Part shown: piece after piece, positions 20,474 to 27,928 of the stretch
How positions within the stretch are numbered: the stretch's first letter is position 1
Layout of the letters: each line of letters opens with the position of its first letter
Source of the DNA: a virus
Taxonomy: Duplodnaviria > Caudoviricetes
DNA: 56,809 bases
Virus record (IMG/VR): IMGVR_UViG_3300046170_000220
Span: 1-56,809 of that record
Reading direction: 5' to 3' (one strand)
Made by a program: the position numbers and the translations under genes
Notes under the pieces: model-generated
What the model saw: only the letters and a program-made list of their open reading frames with translations
What the model was told of the DNA's origin: nothing
Database searches by the model: none

Positions 20474-20739
20474 GGAAGGGAAAGCTATTGCTTCAAGAGG
20501 CAGCACAGATCATTGACGCAAGGGGGGATCATTACGGCTCGCCTCTTGATAACTTTACTAGGATCGCAAAGTTGTGGTCAGTTATATTAGACAGAGAGGT
20601 CACGCCTATAGAGGTGGGGCTTTGTATGGATGCAGTAAAAACTGCTAGGCTTGTGGAAACGCCAGAGCATTACGACAGCTTCTTGGATAAGGCTGGTTAT
20701 GCAGCAGCCACTGTCGAGTGTTTAGCAAAACAAGAATAA
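20461..20739 (+). CDS. DUF6378-like protein
   Basis: RGDHYGSPLDNFTRIAKLWS...KTARL...DSFLDKAGYAA. Confidence 0.7.
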   Translation: MGTMRKGKLLLQEAAQIIDARGDHYGSPLDNFTRIAKLWSVILDREVTPIEVGLCMDAVKTARLVETPEHYDSFLDKAGYAAATVECLAKQE

Positions 20740-20773
20740 AAAAAGGGGGCAGCACCTGCAAGTGCCACCCCCT
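20738..20773 (-). terminator. Rho-independent terminator of the leftward early operon
   Basis: Minus strand AGGGGGTGGCAC-ttgcag-GTGCTGCCCCCT followed by a T tract. Confidence 0.75.
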
Positions 20774-20777
20774 AAGT

Positions 20778-20869
20778 TTTACAGGATATCCAAGACCCAG
20801 AGAGGAGAATGGGTGTAGCTGATCTTGGACTTAACGGCGTCCTGCGCCTACCGTTAACCCGCTACACCC
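20778..20869. ncRNA. Putative pseudoknotted structured RNA (unknown class)
   Basis: Complementary pairs GGGTGTAGC/GCTACACCC, TTAACGG/CCGTTAA and crossing TCCAAGA/TCTTGGA within about 90 nt. Confidence 0.45.
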
Positions 20870-21063
20870 TAGCTGGTAATGTTCCAGTGCATACGCAGGA
20901 CTTTCCCGCCAGCATCAAGGTCAGCAAAGTCACCATCCTTTGAATTGGATAATGTGTATTGTTCACTGATCCTGTCATAAGACATTGATGCCACAAGCAG
21001 GGGAACCTTTCCTAACTTGTGACACTCTAAATTGTAAGCCGTTCTAGCCTCATCTAAATTCAT
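20869..21063 (-). CDS. Hypothetical early protein
   Basis: ATG 21063 (MNLDEAR) overlaps the upstream stop; GGAGAGG RBS. Confidence 0.55.
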   Translation of the reverse strand: MNLDEARTAYNLECHKLGKVPLLVASMSYDRISEQYTLSNSKDGDFADLDAGGKVLRMHWNITS

Positions 21064-21224
21064 GATCCTCTCCGCGCTAGAATTACAGTTGCATAACATA
21101 ACCATATCGTTCCGCCATATAGAAGTAAAGTGCCAATCAAAATACTTGATCCGGCGGTCTCTAAAGTTCCGGCACCTATCGCCATCAGCATAAGTGCAGC
21201 GGTAAACTGAATGTAATCTTTCAT
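21060..21224 (-). CDS. Small two-TM membrane protein (54 aa, absent from the ORF track)
   Basis: MKDYIQFTAALMLMAIGAGTLETAGSSILIGTLLLYGGTIWLCYATVILARRGS; AGGAGG RBS. Confidence 0.65.
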   Translation of the reverse strand: MKDYIQFTAALMLMAIGAGTLETAGSSILIGTLLLYGGTIWLCYATVILARRGS

Positions 21225-21233
21225 GATCACCTC

Positions 21234-21512
21234 CTATTTGATTGAACTTCTGCCGCAGTGAGGGCATTCATGCAGCATCATGTCAACATGATACTGAAAC
21301 TCATCCTCACTCATAAACTTGTACGGCGAATGATCGGCAGAGAATATCGGGCTAACAACCCCGTAATCCCCAGCCACTTTTGTTTCATCATAGATGTCAT
21401 GGAAAACTTTCCGAACATCCAGCGAGCCATCCTCATTGTGCTGCTCGTCAACATGAGGCATGTAAACCACGCCACGATACCTGTACTCAGGTGCAGTATG
21501 CCAGCTAATCAT
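21234..21512 (-). CDS. Hypothetical early protein with C-terminal CPHC
   Basis: Operon-coupled ORF. Confidence 0.6.
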   Translation of the reverse strand: MISWHTAPEYRYRGVVYMPHVDEQHNEDGSLDVRKVFHDIYDETKVAGDYGVVSPIFSADHSPYKFMSEDEFQYHVDMMLHECPHCGRSSIK

Positions 21513-21801
21513 TAATGCGCTCCTCTATCTTGCTCAATCTTTCATAGTCAACTGATGCATCTTTAATCCCTAAGATGTTCATGATATCTACTCCAACTCC
21601 AGTAATTAACTCGTACATATCATCGGCATTGACATATCTAAATGGGTGCAAAGCCTCTTCCAAAAGGAAACGGTCTATCACCTCGCTTTCCCATTCATGC
21701 CAATGATCGGGAAGGCTTTGCCTTAAGAAGCGTTCCGATATCTTGACAACAACCTCTGCGAACTTTGCATCATACTCTTCCGGTGTTAATTCAATACTCA
21801 T
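21505..21801 (-). CDS. Hypothetical acidic early protein
   Basis: GGGAG RBS, coupled. Confidence 0.6.
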   Translation of the reverse strand: MSIELTPEEYDAKFAEVVVKISERFLRQSLPDHWHEWESEVIDRFLLEEALHPFRYVNADDMYELITGVGVDIMNILGIKDASVDYERLSKIEERIND

Positions 21802-21803
21802 CT

Positions 21804-22133
21804 TTATTCTCCCTTAGCTTTGGTTAACTCGTCAATAAACTCGCACAACATCTTACGCATAATCATGCTGTCGAATGTGCTGTTAGGCTGTATGTTGACG
21901 CTCATAATCTCTGAGCATCTAGCGATAGCGTAACCGATATCAACACGCCCATCGGCATAGTCTTCTAAGCTGTCCTCAACAGCAGTCTCTATTGCCGATT
22001 GCGCTGACAAAGACCACTGCAACTTATCGCGGTTGTCCTTGCTGTATGGATCGGTTAGCTGTTCGATCAGGTTGTCGAGCGCAACATCAATGGCGTTGCA
22101 CTCAAACTTAGTCAGGTTCGGTTTGATAATCAT
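21804..22133 (-). CDS. Hypothetical early protein
   Basis: AGGAG RBS, ATGA overlap. Confidence 0.6.
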   Translation of the reverse strand: MIIKPNLTKFECNAIDVALDNLIEQLTDPYSKDNRDKLQWSLSAQSAIETAVEDSLEDYADGRVDIGYAIARCSEIMSVNIQPNSTFDSMIMRKMLCEFIDELTKAKGE

Positions 22134-22969
22134 CGATCTACTCTCCTATTAGATTTCTTCTGGTTGTCTTTCCCCAAGATTATTTTCAGGTTTTGATGGA
22201 TGTGTAGGCCGGAGCCTTCCGATCCATCCTTGCCCCGATAGACTAATGGGAACTTGTGATCAACATGCCACACGCCCCTGCCATCACGATAATGTGAGCA
22301 TCGCTCTTGACGACAGTGCGCGTTGAACCTTCTCATCTCTGAATAGATTATGTTGATAGCCCTATGATCAGCCCATCTTGGCGTTGCCCTTTTGATAAGC
22401 TTGTGCCGATCATATTTTCTTTTAGAAGCCCTCTCTGCTTTCTGCCTGATCCTATCAAGCTTGTAGAAGTGATCAATGCTTGAGCGGGTTGTCATCAGGA
22501 AAAGCCGAGTGTTGGCATCAGCTTCCGGCTTGCCCTTTTTTATTTTATGCACAAGGTCATAATACTCTGGCTGAACCTTCAGCTTCAGCTTGAATACGCG
22601 CTTATACAATTGCTTGTGATCCGTCCTAACAAAGAGCATCTTGCAGCTTATGTCGTGTGTATTTCCATACAACGCACTGGCATTCTGATGTGTTTTCTTT
22701 GCTAACATTTTGTAGAAAACATCAGGCTCATTACGACCTATTTTACTGGCATCAACAAGACCACCCACAACTGGGATATATTCTTCATTTAAATTCTTAT
22801 TGATGTTGGAGCCTAACTTCTTATGCGTTTTGTAGTTCGCATAATAGCTGTCGTCAGTGATGACATATTGCTCAGGCAATCCAGATATAAAATCAGTTTG
22901 CTCGAACTCATCAACAAACCTTTCATGACCCTCGATGTTTCCGGCCTTTGTAAATCTCTCACTCATCAC
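22130..22969 (-). CDS. HNH endonuclease domain protein with long N-terminal extension
   Basis: RATPRWAD...WHVDHKFPL...GLHIHQNL...NQKKSN. Confidence 0.75.
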   Translation of the reverse strand: MMSERFTKAGNIEGHERFVDEFEQTDFISGLPEQYVITDDSYYANYKTHKKLGSNINKNLNEEYIPVVGGLVDASKIGRNEPDVFYKMLAKKTHQNASALYGNTHDISCKMLFVRTDHKQLYKRVFKLKLKVQPEYYDLVHKIKKGKPEADANTRLFLMTTRSSIDHFYKLDRIRQKAERASKRKYDRHKLIKRATPRWADHRAINIIYSEMRRFNAHCRQERCSHYRDGRGVWHVDHKFPLVYRGKDGSEGSGLHIHQNLKIILGKDNQKKSNRRVDR

Positions 22970-23001
22970 GAACCCCCATAAGTTCTATTGAACTTTTAAA
23001 G

Positions 23002-23736
23002 TTAGATGTCACCCAAAAGCTGATCGAGTATCTCAGCTTTTACTCTGCGCTTGAGAAGGCTATGAGCCTTGGCAACATCATTGCCGACAGCATGGACGCG
23101 CTTCTCGTACCCCTCTTGAACCAGCAACCAGCGGTCTTCGGTAAAGGCTATGCCATCCTTGGTTCCTACAAGCACAACGCGATAGGCATCTATGTTGTCC
23201 TGCTTGAGGAACTTGATGTCTCTCTTCTTCGCACTGAGCGTAAACCTCATGCCCTCTGGAGCCTTAACAGCATACAAATCTTTTTCGAAAACAGATTTGA
23301 ACCAGCTTATCGGTACTGTTAAATCATTACTGCGCCGGTATGATGGTGTGTTTTTGTCCGCTGGATCTAGTTGTGCTGTACCTGCGTCAACATCGAACCT
23401 AGACCGCTGGAACAGATCAGATAAAACTCTATCAGCATACACTTTTGACTTTGCTTTTTGCTCGATGACAGGGTGGTAAGGTTGCCTGTCTTTCCTGTCC
23501 CTTCTCATCTGCATGACTGCTGAAGCCAAGCGTTCAAAGTATTCAAAGGCTGCTCTGGCACCTGTTCCTTGCAGATCATCAAGGCTGTCTTGAAAAGCTT
23601 CTGCCTCACCACTCATTCCATGTCGGTGATGAGTGCGAACCTGTTTCCTCCACTCATTTGGTGCGCCCCAGCTTTCAACAAAGCGATCTATCTCTGTCAG
23701 TAAAAACTGCATGTGTTTATATTGTTCTATATTCAT
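23002..23736 (-). CDS. Hypothetical early protein
   Basis: 244 aa with AGGAG RBS. Confidence 0.7.
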   Translation of the reverse strand: MNIEQYKHMQFLLTEIDRFVESWGAPNEWRKQVRTHHRHGMSGEAEAFQDSLDDLQGTGARAAFEYFERLASAVMQMRRDRKDRQPYHPVIEQKAKSKVYADRVLSDLFQRSRFDVDAGTAQLDPADKNTPSYRRSNDLTVPISWFKSVFEKDLYAVKAPEGMRFTLSAKKRDIKFLKQDNIDAYRVVLVGTKDGIAFTEDRWLLVQEGYEKRVHAVGNDVAKAHSLLKRRVKAEILDQLLGDI

Positions 23737-23763
23737 AACTGTCTCCTAGGTTAGAGGTGAGGC

Positions 23764-24885
23764 TTACGCCTCAACCTCAATGCGGGTGGTCTGACCGAAT
23801 GGCGCATCATCGCAGTCAGGATAGGTTGAAACCCAAAGCACTGGGTAATCAGGGGCATTATCAGGGTAATCCCAAATGCCCATGTCAGTCAGGTAAACCA
23901 TGTTATCAACAGGCAAACCCTGATCTTCGATGTAGTCAAAGACAGGCTGCACTCGCGTACCGCCGCGCCCCTTCGCACTGATCTTGTCAATGACCTCACC
24001 CTCACAGTAGTGCCTCACATTCTGTACACGGCTGTCGCATGTGATCACTGTGACAGAGCGGGGCTTGTGTTCTTCGGTGATGGCGTTAAGCTCACCAACG
24101 AATTGCTCAAGTTCAAACTGATTGACTGAGCCGCTGGTATCGACAGCAACAACCACATCACCGACACCGATCTTGTCTATGGCTGGCATATAAATACCCT
24201 GCGTATAGTAGACCTTGCGATTGCAACGCCGGAACGTGTAGTCATCAGGCTGGTCACCGCCTACGAAACGGTGGAACACATCGCGCCAGTCAACCTTAGA
24301 CCTACGCATCTTGTTGACCATGCCCTCAATCGCCGCAGGAAGCTTGCCAGCGGCCTTTGCAGCATTAGCAGCCATGAAGACACGCTGATCAATCTCAGCT
24401 TCCATCTGCTTGGCCTCAGCGGGTGATGGGTCTTTACCATCCTTGCCCTTGGCATCCATAACCGCGCCCCATTCGGGTTGTTTGTTCTGATCTTCGGGCA
24501 GTTGCTCGTAAACCTTTTCTGCTGTCATCCCCTTATACTGATCATCAAACAGACCGTTTTCTGGCAGGGTAAAACCAGCATCGATCAGTATGTCATTGAT
24601 CACATAGTCTGCGGCAATGTTCCACCGCTCAGGGTTACGCTCACCGCGCCGCAACATGTGCTTCATGGCAACATGCATGACCTCATGGGCAATGACACCT
24701 GTCACCTCATCCTCACTACAGCGATCTACAAAATCCTCAGACCAGAGAATTTTTGTGCCATCAGTTGCCATGGTCTGACCATCAGGCTGCTGCACAAAGT
24801 GCAATGACAGTGCGAGTGATCCAAAGAATGGATGCTTGATTAAGAGTTTTGTTTTAGATCGTGCGATCTTCTGGGTTGCTTCCAT
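23764..24885 (-). CDS. DUF2201-type metallopeptidase plus VWA domain protein
   Basis: TMATDG, AHEVMH, WNIAADYVIN; MIDAS DTSGS, GRGGT, YLTD; ATG 24885 after GGAG. Confidence 0.88.
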   Translation of the reverse strand: MEATQKIARSKTKLLIKHPFFGSLALSLHFVQQPDGQTMATDGTKILWSEDFVDRCSEDEVTGVIAHEVMHVAMKHMLRRGERNPERWNIAADYVINDILIDAGFTLPENGLFDDQYKGMTAEKVYEQLPEDQNKQPEWGAVMDAKGKDGKDPSPAEAKQMEAEIDQRVFMAANAAKAAGKLPAAIEGMVNKMRRSKVDWRDVFHRFVGGDQPDDYTFRRCNRKVYYTQGIYMPAIDKIGVGDVVVAVDTSGSVNQFELEQFVGELNAITEEHKPRSVTVITCDSRVQNVRHYCEGEVIDKISAKGRGGTRVQPVFDYIEDQGLPVDNMVYLTDMGIWDYPDNAPDYPVLWVSTYPDCDDAPFGQTTRIEVEA

Positions 24886-24945
24886 GATTGTCTCCGAAAA
24901 GTGCAGTTGAACTTTTGGAAGGGGGCGCAACCGCCCCCCTCAAAT

Positions 24946-25962
24946 TTACAGGATAAGATGCTTGCCATCTGACAAGATCCACTGGCGAACCGCCTCAACA
25001 TTTTTTAGATCACGATCACGCGCCAGCGCATCTTTGATAACGAAAGCTGCGAACTCTTGTTGCGGTAACCGCTTGAGGTATCGGATCACATTGCCAGCGT
25101 TGGCCTTGCTCATTTTGTAGGCCAGTGCTGACGACACCGCATAGAGTACAGCCGGATCATCAGGCAGCACCGCGCTATCAGGGTTAGCAATAAGCTGATC
25201 CATATCAGGCACTGCTTCGTACACACGCAGGAAGCCGATAAAATCAGCAGCGGCTGGGCGTCCAACCTGACCGGCGATTGCTTCGGTCTGGCAGACTGCA
25301 TCTAATCCCCATGACAAAATGCTCGACACCCGATCCCATGATCTTGGTGATGGGCATGCGCTGGCGTCACGCTCAAACTTGTGCAAGAACTCAGGCCGGA
25401 ACCTGATAAAAGCACAGACCTGCTGGGCAACGCCTTTGGCATTGTAATATTTGATAGTGTCATCGAGGTCTGCCTCAACTTCCAAAAACATCAGGCGGTC
25501 ACGCAGATGCGTTGGCATGTTGTTGGTGCCAGCCCTGTCACTGGTGCGGTTGCCAGCGGCAACGATAGACCAGCCATCAGGCAAGCGGTGATCACCGACA
25601 CGCCGCTCATTAACAATCTGGGCAGCAATGTTCTGATTAGACACTGGTGCTTGTGGCAGTTCATCCAAGAACAGAATGCCCTCACCATCCTTGGGCATCC
25701 AATCAGGGCGAAGCCGTTTCATTCCATCGCCATCATTGACAAGCCAGCCAGCCAGTTCACCGGCATCATATTGGGCAAGGCTCACGATCTTACAATCGAG
25801 GTCGCGCTGTTCTGCAATCTCTTGAATGATTGAGGTTTTACCAAGACCAGCACCGCCGACAAGGTATGGCACGACACGACAAGCGTCACGCCCTGTTGAT
25901 TGATTTACTTGGCTGTCGATTGAAGCCTCGACAATAGCTTTTGCTTGCGACAGTTTCATCAC
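24946..25962 (-). CDS. MoxR-like AAA+ ATPase (partner of the VWA protein)
   Basis: Walker A GGAGLGKT, Walker B LFLDE, AAGNR, PSPRSW. Confidence 0.88.
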   Translation of the reverse strand: MMKLSQAKAIVEASIDSQVNQSTGRDACRVVPYLVGGAGLGKTSIIQEIAEQRDLDCKIVSLAQYDAGELAGWLVNDGDGMKRLRPDWMPKDGEGILFLDELPQAPVSNQNIAAQIVNERRVGDHRLPDGWSIVAAGNRTSDRAGTNNMPTHLRDRLMFLEVEADLDDTIKYYNAKGVAQQVCAFIRFRPEFLHKFERDASACPSPRSWDRVSSILSWGLDAVCQTEAIAGQVGRPAAADFIGFLRVYEAVPDMDQLIANPDSAVLPDDPAVLYAVSSALAYKMSKANAGNVIRYLKRLPQQEFAAFVIKDALARDRDLKNVEAVRQWILSDGKHLIL

Positions 25963-25985
25963 TATCTCCCATTTGGTTAAATACA

Positions 25986-26051
25986 GCGAGACGCTGCGAC
26001 ACTGCCGGAGCAGTGTTTCGGGGGTGTCTCACGCCCCCATCTTCAGGCAGC
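25986..26051 (-). ncRNA. Type I hammerhead ribozyme HHR-A (predicted cut between 25998 and 25997)
   Basis: Minus strand: gcugc CUGAAGA u ggggg-cgugagaca-ccccc GAAA cacugc-uccg-gcagug UC gcagc gucucgc; three helices and the full core. Confidence 0.9.
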
Positions 26052-26702
26052 TTAGGCAGCTTCAAATGCGGCAATGACATCATCAACATCATTATTTTCT
26101 GCTTCGACAGAAGCCTTGGCAGCAGCGGCAGCCTCATCAGCAGCCAGCCTTGCAGCCTTATATTCGCGATAGAAGTTGTCGAACTCATCCCAGTCTGACT
26201 GGTCAAACTTGGAAGCTTTGAAGTTGCCAGCCACTGTGGTTTTACCGAACAGTTTTTGAGCCAGCTTTTCCATTTCGCTTGCTGCATCAGCGTCTTTGAC
26301 AAACGCCGCCAGCTTGGCCTCCGAGGTAATGCCCTCATCAGTGAAAAGCTGAAAGACATATGAAGGGGTGCAATTTGCTGAAGGGATATCCAACTTGCGG
26401 AATGCACCAGCCGAATTTTCGACATACCGCTTTGTGGTTGCATCAGAGCAGCCGCCATCAGTGCTGAGGTCTTCCCGAATGCGCTTTGAAACAGCGCGGG
26501 GGAAGTGTTTATTCTTGCCGTTGCCGGTCAGCTTCACACCAGCATTTGCAATCGCGCTGATCAGTTCAGCGTAGGCCGTGATCTTTGCAGCATTGACCTG
26601 CTCAGAGTTGGCCTTGTTTGTGGCCTTCAATGCGCCAATCTCGCCCTCAGTGTTTGCGATAGTGTCTAGGGTATTCTGTGAAAGTTCAAAAGTGCTTTGC
26701 AT
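26052..26702 (-). CDS. Ala-rich hypothetical early protein flanked by two hammerheads
   Basis: ATG 26702 lies 6 nt after GGGAGA; the stop codon abuts HHR-A. Confidence 0.75.
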   Translation of the reverse strand: MQSTFELSQNTLDTIANTEGEIGALKATNKANSEQVNAAKITAYAELISAIANAGVKLTGNGKNKHFPRAVSKRIREDLSTDGGCSDATTKRYVENSAGAFRKLDIPSANCTPSYVFQLFTDEGITSEAKLAAFVKDADAASEMEKLAQKLFGKTTVAGNFKASKFDQSDWDEFDNFYREYKAARLAADEAAAAAKASVEAENNDVDDVIAAFEAA

Positions 26703-26732
26703 GTCATGTCTCCCATGCTTCAAGGTTAATAG

Positions 26733-26796
26733 CAGGACGCTATGACCCAGCGGGTGCTGGGTTTCGCCAGTGTCCTAAGCTGGCTCATCAGATAGC
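26733..26796 (-). ncRNA. Type I hammerhead ribozyme HHR-B (predicted cut between 26744 and 26743)
   Basis: Minus strand: gcuau CUGAUGA gccag-cuuaggaca-cuggc GAAA cccagc-accc-gcuggg UC auagc guccug; canonical core. Confidence 0.93.
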
Positions 26797-27032
26797 TAAA
26801 TGGCGATGTATTCGGTCAGGCGTAAAGTGCCTTGCTTTACCAGCTTGCCGTTTTGCATTAGGTAATAGGCGTGAAAGCGGCGGTTCTTGTAGACCGCAAT
26901 CATCTCAGGCTGTTCACCAAATGCCTTGTTGCAGCGTTCAATGTATGCACCCAAAGCCTTGATAGTTGGCTTGAGCGGATAAAGAGTTGTCTTGCCATTA
27001 TCGTTTAGTTGATTAGCTGAATACATATTCAT
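26796..27032 (-). CDS. Small hypothetical first early protein
   Basis: MNMYSANQL... after GGGAG; the stop codon abuts HHR-B. Confidence 0.65.
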   Translation of the reverse strand: MNMYSANQLNDNGKTTLYPLKPTIKALGAYIERCNKAFGEQPEMIAVYKNRRFHAYYLMQNGKLVKQGTLRLTEYIAI

Positions 27033-27035
27033 TCT

Positions 27036-27087
27036 CCCTGTTTCGCGTGTCTCTTCAATAACTGGGTTACGATCCCCAGCGACAGGG
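27036..27087 (-). ncRNA. Variant type III hammerhead-like motif HHR-C
   Basis: Minus strand: cccug UC gcuggg-gaucguaa-cccagu ua UUGAAGA g-acacg-c GAAA caggg; helices I and III intact, core deviates (U for C3, 2-nt insert, 1-bp helix II). Confidence 0.5.
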
Positions 27088-27337
27088 TTATTCATCTGGT
27101 GCGCTCTAAACCGGCGCATTATGGGATGGGTGCTAAACCAAGCCCTCAGTCTTACCACCGCATCAATTATCCTAGTGTCAGGCCTAATCGATTTTTGCTT
27201 GGGCGTAGGCGTATTCAGATGCCATCAGAGCCGTAGTGCGGTGGTGTCCAGTTCGGGGGTGCTAGCCCCTGCCCCAGTGGGCGTTTGATCTTTAGCGGTG
27301 GCCTCCTCAAAAATTTTCAAAATCAAAATTATTCCTT

Positions 27338-27367
27338 GTCGTATCATGCGGGGAATATATCTGTCAA
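27338..27367 (-). promoter_or_regulatory. Probable early promoter
   Basis: Minus strand TTGACA (27367-27362), TGnTACGAC at 18-nt spacing, AT-rich upstream. Confidence 0.45.
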
Positions 27368-27568
27368 ACAGAAAAATGCACATAGAGTAATTTTATTTTT
27401 CATAGTGTTTCATAGTGTCTCACATAGCAGACGATCCAACCCATAAAATTATTGTAGTGCTAGTGAACTTTTTTATTTTTTACCTGATGCTGTTTGGGCT
27501 GGTCTGAGGCGGGTATATATATAGGTGTAGCGGTAACCCCTAAAATTCGTTTGTACACAAACAAGTTT

Positions 27569-27727
27569 GTTCATGTTCTGTTCATGGCGTGGAACAAACC
27601 GTGAAAACGAGCGAGGTTCACTTGTGAGGGGGGTCTGGAATTTTCCGTGTGGGATTGTGACCAAAAACACCTAAAAACGCTCAGTGAGCTTCTATGGGCG
27701 ATTAAACGGCATGAACAAAAGGTGAAC
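27569..27727. promoter_or_regulatory. Alphaproteobacterial-type LexA (SOS) boxes
   Basis: GTTC-N7-GTTC 27569-27583; GAAC-N7-GAAA 27592-27606; GAAC-N7-GAAC 27713-27727. Confidence 0.65.
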
Positions 27728-27793
27728 ATTGCCATTTTGGCTGTTTTGGGGGTATCTCAGAAAAACTTGTTAGTACACAAACAATATGGGTGA

Positions 27794-27809
27794 AAGTTCA
27801 ATAGAACTT
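27794..27809. promoter_or_regulatory. Palindromic operator-like site AAGTTCAATAGAACTT (one of about 10 related copies)
   Basis: Identical at 15704 and, reverse-complemented, at 22980; variants elsewhere. Confidence 0.65.
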
Positions 27810-27928
27810 TGGTGAGTTGGGGTTCTGGTGAGGGCCGTGCAGCATGTACGATATGGACAGGACAAAAGCCCGCCAAGCGTTAGCGCATTGGTGCGGCACA
27901 TAGGGGATAAGACATAAAGGATAGTGAA

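Noticed and set aside
20810-20869. GGGTGTAGCT start resembling a tRNA
   Set aside because: No T-loop GTTCRA, no cloverleaf and no CCA.
25886-26458. 190-aa alternative-frame ORF across HHR-A
   Set aside because: Overlaps better-supported genes, has no RBS and runs through the ribozyme.
27381-27430. Four CATAG pentamers upstream of the early promoter
   Set aside because: Too short to tell from chance by eye.
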